Positions 37,717 to 52,345 of a DNA stretch of 64,000 bases are shown here, one piece after another. The notes beneath the pieces were generated by a model that ran no database searches, was not told the DNA's origin, and was given only the letters and a program-made list of their open reading frames with translations. The translations under genes and the position numbers were made by a program. How positions within the stretch are numbered: the stretch's first letter is position 1; each line of letters begins with the position of its first letter. Source of the stretch: Malacoraja senta (lineage: Eukaryota); NCBI GenBank assembly GCA_038087875.1, contig CM075994.1:5706001-5770000 (forward strand), read 5' to 3'.

Positions 37717-40152
37717 AAATAAAATACTTCCCCCCTAGTCCCATCTACCTGCACTCAGACCATAACCCTCCATTCCTTTCCCGTCCATATACACATCCAA
37801 TCTATTTTTAAAGGATAACATCGAACCTGCCTCCACCACTTCCACTGGAAGCTCATTCCACACAGCTACCACTCTCTGAGTAAAGAAGTTCCCCCTAATG
37901 TTCCCCCTAAACTTCTGTCCCTTAATTCTCAAGTCATGTCCCCTTGTTTGAATCTTCCCTACTCTCAATGGGAAAAGCTTATCCACGTCCACTCTGTCTA
38001 ACCCGCTCATAATTTTAAAGACCTCTATCAAGTCCCCTCTTAAACTTCTGCGCTCCAAAGAATAAAGACCTAACTTGTTCAACCTTTCTCTGTAACTTAG
38101 TTGCTGAAACACAGGCAACATTCTAGTAAATCTCCTCTGTACTCTCTCTATTTTGTTGACATCCTTCCTATAATTAGGCGACCAAAATTGTATTCCATAC
38201 TCCAAAATTGGCCTCACCAATGCCTTGTACAATTTTAACATTACATCCCAACTTCTATATTCAATGCTCTGATTTATAAAGGCCAGCACACCAAAAGCTT
38301 TCTTTACCACCCTATCTACATGAGATTCCACCTTCAGGGAACTATGCACAGTTATTCCAAATCCCTCTGTTCAACTGCATTCCTCAATTCGCTACCATTT
38401 ACCGTGTACGTCCTATTTTGATTTGTCCTGCCGAGATGTAGCACATCACATTTGTCAGCATTAAACTCCATCTGCCATCTTTCAGCCCACTCTTCCAAAT
38501 AGCCTAAATCTCTCTGTAGACTTTGAAAATCTACTTCATTATCCACAACACCACCTATCTTAGTATCATCTGCATACTTACTAATCCAATTTTCCACACC
38601 TTCATCCAGATCATTGATGTACATGACAAACAACAGTGGACCCAACACAGACCCCTGAGGCACCCCACTAGTCACCGGCCTCCAACCTGACAAACAGCCA
38701 TCCACCATTACTCTCTGGCATCTCCCATTCAGCCACTGTTGAATCCATCTTGCTACTCCACCATTAATACCCAACAATTGAATCTTCTTAACCAACCTTC
38801 CATGAGGAACCTTGTCAAAGGCCTTACTGAAGTCCATATAGACAACATCCACTGCTTTACCCTCATCAATTTCCCTAGTAACCTCTTCGAAAAATTCAAG
38901 AAGATTAGTCAAGCATGACCTTCCAGGTACAAATCCATGTTGACTGTTCCTAATCAGACCCTGCTTATCCAGATGCTTATATATATTATCTTTAAGTATC
39001 CTTTCCATTAATTTGCCCACCACTGACGTCAAACTAACAGGTCTATAATTGCTAGGTTTACTCTTCGAACCCTTTTTAAACAACGGAACAACATGCGCAG
39101 TACGCCAATCCTCCGGCACTATTCCCGTTTCTAATGACATTTGAAATATTTCTGTCATAGCCCCTGCTATTTCTACACTAACTTCCCTCAATGTCCTAGG
39201 GAATATCCTGTCAGGACCTGGAGACTTATCCGTTTTCATATTTTTCAAAAGTGTCCGCACCTCCTCTTCTTTGACTCTCACAGTTTCCATTGCTACTCTG
39301 CTCGTTTCCCTTACCTCACATAATTCCATATCCTTCTCCTTCGTGAATACCGAAGAAAATAAATTGTTCAATATCTCCCCCATCTCTTTTGGCTCTGCAG
39401 ATAGCTGTCCACTCTGACTCTCTAATGGACCGATTGTATTCCTTGTTATCCTTTTGCTATTAATATAGCTGTAGGAATCCTTTGGATTTACTTTCACCTT
39501 ACTTGCCAAAGCAACCTCATATCTTCTTTTAGCTTTTCTAATGTCTTTCTTAATATTCTTTTTACATTCTTTATACTCCTCAAGCACCTCATTTACTCCA
39601 TGCTGCCTATAATTATTGTAGATCTCTCTCTTTTTCCGAACCAAGTGTCCAATTTGCCTTGAAAACCATGGCTCTTTCCATTTTTTACTATTTCCTTTCA
39701 ACCGAACAGGGATATAAAGATTCTGTACTCTTAAAATTTCACCCTTAAATGCCCTCCATTTTTCTTCTACATCCTTCCCATAAAACAACATGTCCCAATT
39801 CACTCCTTTTAAATCCTTTCGCATCTCCTCAAAGTTAGCCTTTCTCCAAACAAAAATCTCAACCCTAGGTCCAGTTCTGACCCTCTCCATAATTATATTG
39901 AAACTAATGGTATTGTGATCACTGGACCCGAAGTGCTCCCCGACGCATACCTCCGCCACTTGCCCTGTCTCATTTCCTAACAGGAGGTCCAGCACTGCCC
40001 CTTCTCTAGTAGGTACCTCTATGTATTGCTGCAAAAAACTATCTTGCACACATTTTACAAACTCCAAACCATCCAGCCCTTTTACAGAATATGTTTCCCA
40101 GTCTATGTGTGGAAAATTGAAATCTCCCACAATCACTACCTTGTGCTCACGA
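37597..40152 (-). mobile_element. Young CR1 LINE, 5'-truncated, ORF2 broken by a single frameshift
   Basis: ORFs 38352-40169 (VGDFNFP, GSSDH, NYRPVSL, QGSVLGP, YADD) and 37735-38349; (AACCATAT)n tail. Confidence 0.97.
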
Positions 40153-40349
40153 CCCAGGGACCTAAACAAAATGTGCAGGTGAAGCAGCGCGTTTATTTCG
40201 ATCCAATGTACTGTATTCGGTATTCTTACTCTGTTATTATATTACCTTATTAGAAAATGTAGTCAACAGCCTACAGTGCCGTTAGTTTTATCATGAATAT
40301 AACTGTCTAACAGCAGTGAAAATATCATAAGGCGTGGAGTGGTTGTTGG

Positions 40350-41010
40350 TGTTGTGGTTACTAATGCTCAAATTAACTCAGGCGACGCAGAGAATTCTTA
40401 AAAAGTTTAAACTTTTATTTGTAAATAAAAGCGGGAACCCTTCACTTCACCAGTCCATGTGAATGCTCAAAGTTTTAAACAAAGGGTCGCCTCTTTTGAT
40501 AGCATGTTCAACTCTGCATGACCCACCCCTGGAGCATTTCCATATCCAATCATTTACAGACATGCCCCTATCATCAGCCAATCACTTGCTCCTCTATCTC
40601 CCCCTTCCCTGTACTTCTCCACTTTGTAACAGTTATAAGTCACATGAATCCCCTTTGTTGGCCTCTAGCCTCCACCATGGATTTCCTCGCGGCTTGTTTC
40701 AAAGTCAGAAAGGTCATATAATTGTCACAACATTGTGATGCTAATTGTTCCTTGCTGGGATTGAAATATTGACAGGCCTCTATATTAATGTTATATTTAT
40801 GGGGAGAACTCTCAGCCACAGACAGGGCCCCTCTTATCATTCTGAACTATCTCATCAATGTTGCAAGAGAGAGAAATCAAAGCTTTCAAAACATAGCCCC
40901 ACAGAAACAGAGCACAAAGACCTTCACACACAGGGTACAGATGGCTTATATCACAAACTACATAGTTTCTAAAGTTTTAAATACAAATAATAAAATTAAA
41001 TATCTTAAGT
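40350..41010 (-). mobile_element. Possible solo LTR
   Basis: Minus strand has CCAAT-like and TATA-like motifs, then AATAAA (~40414) and a U5-like end ...taaccacaaca; no TSD and no clean TG start. Confidence 0.35.
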
Positions 41011-42489
41011 ATACATCTTTAGTATTACGTCAATATATTATGTCGAGATACTACTGATACAAAAAGCATAAAAGATAATATACTATAGTGGGAACGGAAA
41101 AAATGGCCATTTCCTCCACCAACCTTACTGTAATTTAAAAATCGTTTTCCCTGCTTTGCAGAGCTGACGAATTATTTTGGACATCACACTTAAGACCTCA
41201 ACATGTTTCTCTCCACTTGGTGTGTCCTGCCCCGCTGAGTATATCTATTTCATTTTACTCTAGAATTACCGTCCGAACTATTCGAAAATAAGAGTACAAG
41301 TTTATTTCAAGAAGAAGGTTACCCCGTCAACCGGTATTTGGAGATCCGTAAGTGATCGACATTTCCTTCTTTTAATGGTGGTGGATACAGAATCTTTGAC
41401 TGTTTTAGATTCTTGATAACGAAGAGGATTAAACGACCCCGTAAGTGGACGTAAATGTGGTGTTGATCTGAAACATAAATGGCAAAAAAAGGCCCGTTGG
41501 GCCGAGAGGCTTCTTCCGTTCCTGGGGGCACAAGAGGCTGCAGAAGCTGGAATCTTGATTAACAAAAACAAAGTGCTGGAGAGACTCAACGGGCCAGGCT
41601 GCATCATTGGAGGGAAATTGACATACGTCGTTTCAATACGTTAGCCCGAAGAAGGTCATGACTAGAAAGTCGAACGTTCATTTCCCCCCACAGAATTGTT
41701 TTTTTTTATTCTGTTTCCTCAAAACCAATGCTGCCTGATCCGCGGAGTTCTTCCACCCTTTCGATTGTCGATCAATATTATAGTATCCACAGTCTCCCGT
41801 GTCTCCGATTTTAATTTGAATTTTACAAATAAATTGTGACCTCATATTAACTTTATTGCAGTCAATAGACAATAGACAATAGACAATAGGTGCAGGAGTA
41901 GGCCATTCGACCCTTAGAGCCAGCATCGCCATTCCATGTGATCATGGCTGATCATCCCCAATCAGTACCCCGTTCCTGCCTTCTCCCCATATCCGCTATT
42001 TTTAAGAGCCCTCTTTAAAGCATCCAGAGAACCCGCCTCCACCGCCCACTGAGGCAGAGAATTCCACAGACTCACCACTCTCTGTGAGAAAAAGTGTTTC
42101 CTCGTCTCCGTTGTAAATGGCTTACTCCTTATTCTTAAACTGTGGCCTCTGGTTCTGACTCTCCCCAACATCGGAACAAGTTTCCTGGCTCTAGCGTGTC
42201 CATACCCTTAACAATCTTATATGTTTCAATGAGATCTCCTCTCATCCTTCTAAACTCCAGAGTGTACAAGCCCAGCGGCTCCATTCTCTCAACATATGAC
42301 AGTCCCGCCATCCCGGGAATTAACCTTGTAAACCTACGCTGCGCTCCCTCAATAGCAAGAATGTCCTTCCTCAAATTAGGGGATCAAAACTGCAACCGTG
42401 CTCCAACCGTGGTCTCACTTGGGCTCTGGACAATTGCAAAATGACATATTTGCTCCTATATTCGGTTCCTCTTGTTATAAAGGCCAACA

Positions 42490-43341
42490 AGTGGGTGGGC
42501 GGCGCGACCCACGTTCCAGCGGCATCTGCAGTCCGTCTGTCTTTTTTTATTTTCTTGTCTCGTTTGAGTGTAGTTTATAGTGGGGTTTTTTAAACTGGGT
42601 ATGTGTGGGGGGCGAGGGGTGGGGAGGGACTTTTAAAATCTTTTCCCTGTACGAAGTAACTGACCTTTTCCCCGTCGTGTCTCCGTTGTCGTTGGGGCCT
42701 AGCACCGTGGAGCGGCCTCCAACCGGACCGACCTGGGGCTCCAGTCGCGGATCGTGCGGACTTACTCACCATCGCGGAGCTGGCTGCGTTCGGTACAGGA
42801 GGAGCTGTGGTGGCGCGCTGCTGCGGCCCGACCCCGGAGATTCTGAGGCTCCAGCCGCCGGCCCGGTGGACGGTGACATCGGGAGCTCGCGGGTCCCTGG
42901 TGGGAGACCGCTTTTCGGAGCTTCCGCAACTACTCGCGCCCGAGTTGCGGGGTTGAAAATGACCAGGAGCGGGGCCTTACAACGCCCGGCACAGCTCAAA
43001 CGGCCGCGGGACTTGCTAGCGCCCGCTGGGAGCTCCAACATCAAGACCCAGAACGCGGCCTTGCATCGCCCGGCACAGCTTTAATGGCCGCGGGACTTAT
43101 TTACCATCGCCCGCCGGGGGCTTTGACTTTGATATCGGGAGGGGAATAGGGAGTGCAGGGGATAGATACGACTTTGCCTTCCACCGCAGTGAGGAGGAGA
43201 TTAGCTGTGATGGATGTTTGTGTAAATTGTGTTCTGTCTTGGTTCTTTCTCTTGTTTGTATGACTGCAGAAACCAAATTCCGTTTGAACCTCAATGAGGT
43301 TCAAATGACAACAAATAAATTGTATCATTGTATCATTGTAT
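42490..43341 (+). mobile_element. GC-rich retroposon family B (apparently full length)
   Basis: TSD caaca (42485-42489 / 43342-43346); (ATTGTATC)n tail. Confidence 0.9.
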
Positions 43342-43352
43342 CAACATGCCAT

Positions 43353-43962
43353 CCACCGTCGAACCGTCCTCGCGGCCTACCAGCGGGCCTGGAGCAGCGT
43401 TTCCTGTCGGGGACCGCCCAGAACCTCGGGTTCGGCGGTGGCACAGCGCTGGAGCGCTATCGCGGAGCGGGCGATGCCTTGCCCGGGTCGCCGCGCTGGA
43501 GCTCCGGAATGCTGAGACTGCAGGTGAACATCGCGGAGATGCGGGTCTGTGGAGCGCCCAGCTGCGGGCGGCGGCGTTGACCTTTTCACCGGGAGTCTGG
43601 GATCTCGCGACGAGATGGCCAGTGGTCTCCAGTTAGGAAGCGGCCGCTCTAGGTGTCCCAAGCCGCTGAGAGGATTCTCCCGACGCCGGAGCACCATGAC
43701 CCGGCGAAGAAGGGCCTGAAACATCGGGCCCCGGAGAGGCGACTGCGGAGGCCTCAGTAGGCCCGACTATGGGATGACAAGGGGATGGGGACTGGACATT
43801 GTGCCTTCCCTCATAATGGGAACCATTGTGGGGGGTGTTTTTTTATGTTTATTGTTAAATTCTTTAATGTTGTGTCTTAGCTTTATCTGTGTGCTGCATG
43901 GCAAGACAATTTTCACTACACCAATTGGTGTACGTGACAAAAAAATGTCCTTTGTCCTTTGT
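43353..43962 (+). mobile_element. GC-rich retroposon family A (5'-truncated)
   Basis: ccat duplicated at 43349-43352 / 43963-43966; (TGTCCTT)n tail. Confidence 0.88.
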
Positions 43963-45491
43963 CCATTCGCTTTCTTCACTGCCTGCTGCACCTGCATGCT
44001 TACTTTCATAGACTGATCTACAAGGACCCCAGATCCCGTTGTCCTTCCCCTTTTCCCAACTTGACGCCATTTAGATAGTAATCTGCTTTCCTGTTTTTGC
44101 TACCAAAGTGGATAAACTCACATTTATTCTCATTAAACTTTATCTGCCATGCATCTGCCCATTCCCCAACCTGTCCAAGTCACCCTGCATTCTCGTAGCA
44201 TCCTCCTCACAGTTCACACTGCCACCCAGCTTTGTGTCATCTGCAAATTTGCTAATGTTACTTTGAATCCCTTCATCCAAATCATTGATGTATAAATAGC
44301 TGCGGTCCCAGCACCGAGCCTTGCGTTACCCCACTAGTCACTGCCTGCCATTGTGAAGGGGACCCGTTAATCCCTACTCTTTGTTTCCTGTCTGCCAACC
44401 ATTTCGCTATCCATGTCAGCACTCTACCCCCAATACCATGTGCCCTAATTTTGCCCACTTATCTCCTATGTGGGATCAAATCAAATGCCTTATCCGTCAT
44501 CAGAAAATTAGTAGGGCAATGCTTGTAGGATCTTCATGCTTCTGTCTAATCAAGTACGTGTGATAATTTTTTTTAAAGGATCAATAATCTGCCTAGCTCA
44601 ATAAGCGTTATAACACGACATGAATATATTGAACATAACCATATCATATTTTTCTGAATTACAAGATGTCTCATGGATGAGGATAAAGATTCTGGACCAG
44701 CGACTGGCCCAAATACTAAATCATGTCAAGTTGAAGATTGGAAATGGGAAAAGAATACCGTCGTTAAAATGAGCAATCGAGGTAAAAACGTATAACGTGT
44801 GTCATAATGTTCTTCTCAGAAAAGAAAATATTGTATGCATTGAAGTTACGATACGCCGCAAAGGGTAGCTGTAAGGCCTGTAAAGAATCACGAGGTTGTC
44901 AGCGTAAGCCCTAAAGTTCAGGGACAGAACATGATGAAGTCTTCAAGCATTGCTTCATCATATTTTAAAATACATTTGGACACGTACATGGATAGGATAA
45001 GTTTAGAAGTATGTGGGCCAAACGCAAGCATGTGGGATTGTTGACGGTGGGGCCTGGTAATCGGATGGGGTAAGTTGGGCAGAAATACTTTTTTTCCACG
45101 CTGTGTGACTATTGCTCTATAAATAAGGTGACATCCGTGGAATTCAATGATAAGACTGAACGAAATAGCATCACACAAATGTAGATACAGGACCTTGTTC
45201 GAAAAATTACAATGGCCTGTCAAATTTTAGGTACCCTTTTTCAAATACCGCACAGAAGATGATAGCTTTGAAGTTCTGTTTTGAAAGCGGTACGTAATTA
45301 ATTTATTTGAAGGAAAATTGCAAAATAACTGAATAGGCGACATCCTTTATCACATTTTAAGATAATATTTGAATAAAAGATACAAATGATATTCTGTGCG
45401 AGTTGAACTGTGGGTTATTGCAGAGAATATTCTGCTCATGTGAAAAATATATACAAACACCATCAAAAGCAAAATAGATGACTTTAATTCC

Positions 45492-45745
45492 AATAGACGA
45501 TAGACAATAGACAATAGGTGCAGGAGTAGGCCATTCGGCCCTTCGAGGCAGCACCGCCATTCAATGAGATCATGGCTGATCATCCCCAATCAGTACCCCG
45601 TTCCTGCCTTCTCCCCATATCCCCTGACTCCGCTATCTTTAAGAGCCCTATCTATCTCTCTCTTGAAATATCCAGAGAACCGACCTCCACCTCCCTCTGA
45701 GGCGGACAATTCCACAAACTCGTGTTTCCTCGTCTCCGTTCTAAA
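45492..45745 (-). mobile_element. CR1 3' end
   Basis: (AATAGAC)n tail and ggccattcggcccttcgag..accgccattcaatg. Confidence 0.9.
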
Positions 45746-48074
45746 TTTCAGACGCTATGTCTTTCTACGATTTCAGATCGCAGGCACTGAAATCAAATTA
45801 TGTTAATAATCAAATGCAGTAGCAAATTATAGATCTATAAATTCATCTTGAATGTTCAAAGATGATTCCCAAGATACAATCGTTAGCATTTCCACGGTAT
45901 TTTATATGTCATCATTGCCTGATTTAAAATGTGTATGGGATCGACTGGAAGCATGGACTCTGAAGCGCTATCACGTGTTTTTCACATTCCGGTTCCAATA
46001 GAAAAGAAATCTGTTAGCAGCCACTCAGGTATATTAATGACATTTTAATATATGCGCCAACTTAACAATATGTCGGCGTACAATGATGTTCCATTAACAG
46101 CTGTAAAAGGTTACCAAATAAAGTACATTGGCTACAATGTAACTTTCTATTCACAGAATGATCTGCCTTTGTACTTTGCACACCAGGAAACATGTTAATT
46201 TTCACATGATCAATGAGTAACCGAAGCCGGTAAAAGCAGACAGCGGACAGTGTTGCATTTGGACACATAATTGGAATTTTGAAAATAAATTGATCTTGGT
46301 TTTGGTATTTGATTATTTGAACACCAAATGAGGCCATTCAACCCAACTAGTCCAGGCTGCGTCCCATCACAGTAATCCCATCTTTCTTTCACCATTTTCT
46401 TTATGTCCTTGCACCCATAAAACGTATTCACCTAGCAAACACATCATCTTACCAGTGACTCATTTACTCTTTCCAACACCACGAAATAATTTACAGTTTT
46501 TGTGGGAAGGAACTGCAGATTCAGGTTTACACCGAAGATAGACACAAATGCTGGAGTAAATCAGCGGAACAGGTGGCATCTCTGGATAGAAGATCATTTG
46601 AACATCTTAAAGTATCTTGTTACACGAGTCAGCTGCCCGGTAGAGGCAAATAGAATGTCTAACATTTTCCCATTGATTCAAATATAGAACTTTATTCAAC
46701 GGTGAACTGAAAGACAGATAGGGAGCGGGGGAGGGGCCGGGGGGCACCTTCCAATTTTAACGTGCACAGCCTGTTGCCAAATAATTGGTTCCCTTCAAGG
46801 CAGGATGCAGTAAATGGTACCAAGTTCGAGCATCCTAGAAGACCATGCGGCATGGTCAGCAATATCATAATTTCATGCAATTAACAGCGACAGACAATCC
46901 AGTAAAACGCATAAATGAAAAATAAACTGGTGCGCGTATAGTAAGATAGAGGAGGAAGATATGTGGGAAGAGGAACTACAAACAATATTGCCCAGCATTG
47001 TGAGTGGGATCGTGGCAGTTATGTATGGTAATTTACAAACGACAGACATACTAATCCACAACTATTCGCTCATGGCGGTACGCCGTAGGAGGAACACGGT
47101 TTCGATTTTGCACTTGGGAATTTTGAATTTTTCGATCTTGCACCCTCTCCACGTGACTGTTTGTGTTTCCAACGGCTACGTTCGTTTCATCCTACATGCG
47201 AAAGACAGGTAAATTGTAGATGATAGACAAAAAATACTGGAGTAACTCTGCTGAACATGCAGCCTCTCTGGATAGAACAAATAGATGACGTTTCGGCTCT
47301 GGATGCTTTTCCCGACGCGAAACGTCACCAATTCGGTCTATCCAGACATGCTGCCCATTGTGCTGAGTTGCTCTAGCAAATTGTGTCTATGTTCGGTGTA
47401 AGCCATCATCTGCAGTTCCTTCCTACATAAACTGTAAATGAGTCCGTGCTGCTGGGAAGGAGAAAATGAACCACTGGTAAGGTGATGTGCTTGTGAAGTG
47501 AATACGCTACAAGGGTGCACAGACATAAAGAAAGGGGGTAGGCAGATGGGATGCTGTGATAGACTCATTGGGCTAAATGACCTCCGTCTGTCATAGTAAG
47601 GAAGAACATATTTTCATTTTGTTTAGGAAACATAAATTCGGTTTGATATTTTTCAGATTTTCAGAGACTAATCAAAGTTTTACGTAAGTTGCAATGCATC
47701 CAAATTTTGATACAATAACTGAATCCATTGCCCAAACAATCGTTGGATTGAAGCATTCAATTCAAATTCTTATAACATGAGAAGACATCATAATGGGGAA
47801 AGCTTACATTTTATACCAAATTTCTTTGCAAGTAAGTAAAGTGTTTCGCCTCATTCGGATTACAATCATTACTTTGGAAAAGCATTCCATACCAAACTAA
47901 TTCTCCAAGTATCTTTGTTAATTTCTATTTATGTTCATACTTATAACATAGGATTAGTTTTAAGATCTGGCAGTATATTGCACAACGAAGTCGTTGATAT
48001 CTAGTTTGAAGAGTTAGTGCGTCAATAGTTAGACCTTCCCGGTTTTTTCCGCTCATAATATTTTCGCCAGGTTG

Positions 48075-48460
48075 TCAATGGACTTGACCGGACTGCGCCA
48101 TATTGAATGGACTTGAGCTTTGGATACCTGGAGTGTTGTTGGGCAAATTGAAAAGCAAGTATGTCTTCCAATTGTTGTTAATTAATTCTAGGTTCTTCAA
48201 TACATTTTCATTAAACCAATCCTGTTGTTCACTAGTAGAGCGCCTGAATCTTTTCTTAGGTATATTTTTGATTAATTGCAGGACCAACGTGACACTCAGC
48301 AGTTCTTCTTTGATGAAAATCGTCAAGTTCTTACTGCTGCACTGTTCGCGCTGCAGGTTCTTCAGACGTCCAATATTATTGTACATCGTAGAGCTTTGCG
48401 ATGCAGTCGCCACCAGTTGTAGAGACAATAGGAGGTTGGCCAACAATAATCAATATATAC
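48075..48460 (-). mobile_element. Old RTE-clade LINE relic
   Basis: QQDWFNENVLKNLELIN resembles the RTE linker motif QDWFDEN..I..L. Confidence 0.55.
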
Positions 48461-48517
48461 TATGACAGAGATATGGGAGCATTTTCTCACTAGAAAGAGT
48501 ATACTAGCGTCCACTAT

Positions 48518-49361
48518 GGGCGCCGCATGATGGCAGCCTCTGGCTACAGTCTCTCTGTATTTTAATCTTTTTTTTATTTTTAGTTTGTTTAATAGTATGT
48601 TTTTGAGGATTATTTAGAATTTCTATGTGGGGGAGGGGGGTATGGTAAGGGGGAAACCGTTTCCCAGTCACCTCCTGGCGAGGATGCGACTATTCTCAGT
48701 CGCATCTTCGCCTCCCCCCCCCCCCACGCGGCATACCAACTGGATTGGCGCGGCCTTTCCTGCCGGAGACCGCACAAAGATTCAGCGGCGGCGCAGCGCT
48801 GAATATATGGCAGAGCTAGCGATGCCTTACCTGGATCGTCGTGTGAAGCTCCGGGGTGTTGGGCCTGCTGCTTCAACATCGGGGAGTTGTGGTTTGCGGA
48901 GCTCCCAGTCGTGGGCGGCGCTGACCAACATCGCGGAATCCTTGGATTCAGCGTGAATCTCCGCCCAGCTCGGCCTGTGGTCTTCGAGACCCACGGTCTC
49001 CGGTAGGAAATGGTCGATTCGGAGGTCCAAGCCGCTGAGAATGTTATCCCGTTCAGACGTCGGAGTTGCATCATCCCACCGAGAGGGCCTGAGCATCGGG
49101 CCGCCCGTAGCGGAGACAGCGGGGAGCTCGGGAGGCCCCGACCACGGGTGAACAACAAAACAACAGAGGAGGATGACTGAACTTCGGTGCCTTCCCCTTA
49201 CGGTGGAAAACTTTCATTCCGCTGTTTGGTGGTGTGCGTGTTAAAGACTATCGTGTTCTGTGTTCTTTTTTTTATTCTGTATCGTGACCATAAATTTCAC
49301 TATACTAATTGGTGCATGTGACAATAAATGTCTCTTGTCTCTCTTGTCTTGTCTTGTCTTG
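48518..49361 (+). mobile_element. GC-rich retroposon related to family A
   Basis: gggcgccg head, T-tract, G-run, GC body sharing ccaagccgctgaga and catcgggcc; aattggtgcatgtgacaataaa + (TCTTG)n tail. Confidence 0.8.
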
Positions 49362-50460
49362 TATATTCCTTAATGCAGCTAATGCACGGAAATGGGCTCT
49401 GTAAAAGGACATCCAACTGACCTGGATATTAATCGTGGCAATGCTATGCTCTAGGTAATTTGTGAGGTGGATGACTTATTTTCCCTTCAACGCCCTCCCC
49501 CCCAATTGCTTATTACCTGATCTCCAACAGGCTATCTGCTGGTGTTGTTCAATACAAGTACGAATGGTTCGTTGTTCAACCCATGCATCATCGATCCAGA
49601 ACCTAGATCACTTCAAATTCAATCATCAGTATAACGGTGTAGGTCAGTGCCTGCAAAGGATTGGAGGTCGGGATCCAATTTAACGTCACCTTAATCAATG
49701 AAATCCATGAGAATGTGAGGATATATTTGAGAGCCAAAGAAACAAACCTGCCCCTTCTTACAACTTTTTCATCGAAAGTAAATGTGTATTTATTGAATCC
49801 TGAGAGTATAAGCCACGTGTTATTTCCCAGTAGCCAACCCCCGAACAATGCGAGACGGAGCAGTGAATTTGCATTACACCCTCCAGTAGACTACTGAGGA
49901 AATGCAAATTTAGAGATCAGTTCTTAAAATTGGACGACATGGCTCGCGGTCGTGCTGCTGCACTTTAAAGGGCATGGAATGTGTACAGAAAACATTTAGA
50001 TCACTGGAGAGATACCACCAACCATGATTCTGTAACAGCCTTAAAGCCGTTGATATATTAGGAAACAAACGTTCGCGATTTTCCCGGATAAAATGAGGAC
50101 CCAATGCCATCATTTTCCCGGTTAAAATGAGGACCCAATTGGTTCTCAGGGGTGGTAGGTGGGGAAGAGGGGGGTCTCTATTAGGGTAAAACCTCTATGT
50201 TGTGCTCACTGGTGTCAATCAGTTAACAGGAGAGCAGGGTGAATTGTTTAGAAATGTTCAGGTGTAGTCCATGGAAAATTTTGAGGCTCATTGGAGTACC
50301 TGTCCCGTTATTGTTTGAAACGAAGAAAGAGCATGAGGGATGCTATGAGGACTTCGACTCCCTTCATCGGAAGCATATATGAGAGGCCCATATGTTTCGT
50401 CAAATGATCGCACCAACTGCCAATAATTACTGGCGCAGCGGTAGAAGGGCGGCAGGGTAG

Positions 50461-51539
<1,079 letters not shown>

Positions 51540-51564
51540 GAACCTTACCAGACATCATCTCATC

Positions 51565-51886
51565 TCATCTCCCCACTACCTTCAGGTAGAAGGCACAGGA
51601 GCCTGAAGACTGCAACGACCAGGTTCAGGAATAGCTCTTCCCCACAGCCATCATGCTGTTAAACTCGGCTCGGACAAACTCTGAAGATTAATAGCCCTTA
51701 ATCTGTTTATTTGCATTTTATCCGTTTATATATTCATGTGTGTATATATTTATACAATGGCATATGGACACACTGATCTGTTATGTATTCGTGCCTACTA
51801 TGTTCTGGTGTGCTAAAGCAAAGCAAGAATGTCATTGTCCTATCAGGGACATATGACAATAAACCCTCTTGAACTTGAACTTGAAT
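51565..51886 (+). mobile_element. Rex1/Babar LINE 3' end
   Basis: PLPSGRRHRSLKTATTRFRNS; aagaatgtcattgtcc..tgacaataaa + (CTTGAA)n. Confidence 0.85.
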
Positions 51887-51889
51887 TTG

Positions 51890-52345
51890 ACAGCGCTTGC
51901 ATCGCCGGAGACCCGGGTTCTATGCCGACCACGGGTGCTGTATGTACGGACTATGTACGTTCTCCCGTTGACCGCGTGGTTTTACTCCGAGATCGGTTTC
52001 CTCACATACTCCAATGGCGTACATGTATGTAAAACGGTGTGATTCTCTCAAGACAAACGATGTGTGTTCATATTTCAGGTAGTTTATATGACTCACGTAT
52101 GTTTTAACTCAAACTTTGTTCCTCTGTTGCAATACCAAGATGATTCAAAAGGGGTAAGCAATTATTTGGTGTATTAAGGCGGTGCAGTGGAACAGCGGTG
52201 AGTTGCTGCCTTAAAATACCAGACACGCGGGCCTGCTGTTCCACCCTGCTGTTTGTAAAAATGTTGTCCGTTCTCCCTGTGACAACGTGCGTTTCATCAG
52301 GCTGCTCCGGTTTCCACCAAAGATGTACATGTGTGTAGGTTCACG
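51890..52345 (+). mobile_element. Two partial V-SINE/HE1-like SINEs (~51890-52030 and ~52175-52345)
   Basis: gccggagacccgggttc..gtacgttctccc; agcggtgagttgctgcc..gttctccctgtgac..ctccggtttcc. Confidence 0.75.

Larger units (their letters stand above)
41863..44480 (-). mobile_element. CR1 LINE fragment interrupted at 42490-43962 by families B and A
   Basis: (AATAGAC)n tail; RKDILAIEGAQRRFTRLIPGMAG; reads through aaggccaaca|tgccat|tcgctttcttcactgcc once the inserts are removed. Confidence 0.93.

Noticed and set aside
41264..41347. 84-nt open AG/GT-bounded segment
   Set aside because: Acceptor appears repeat-derived, phase is incompatible with the 44666 candidate, and no motif is recognisable
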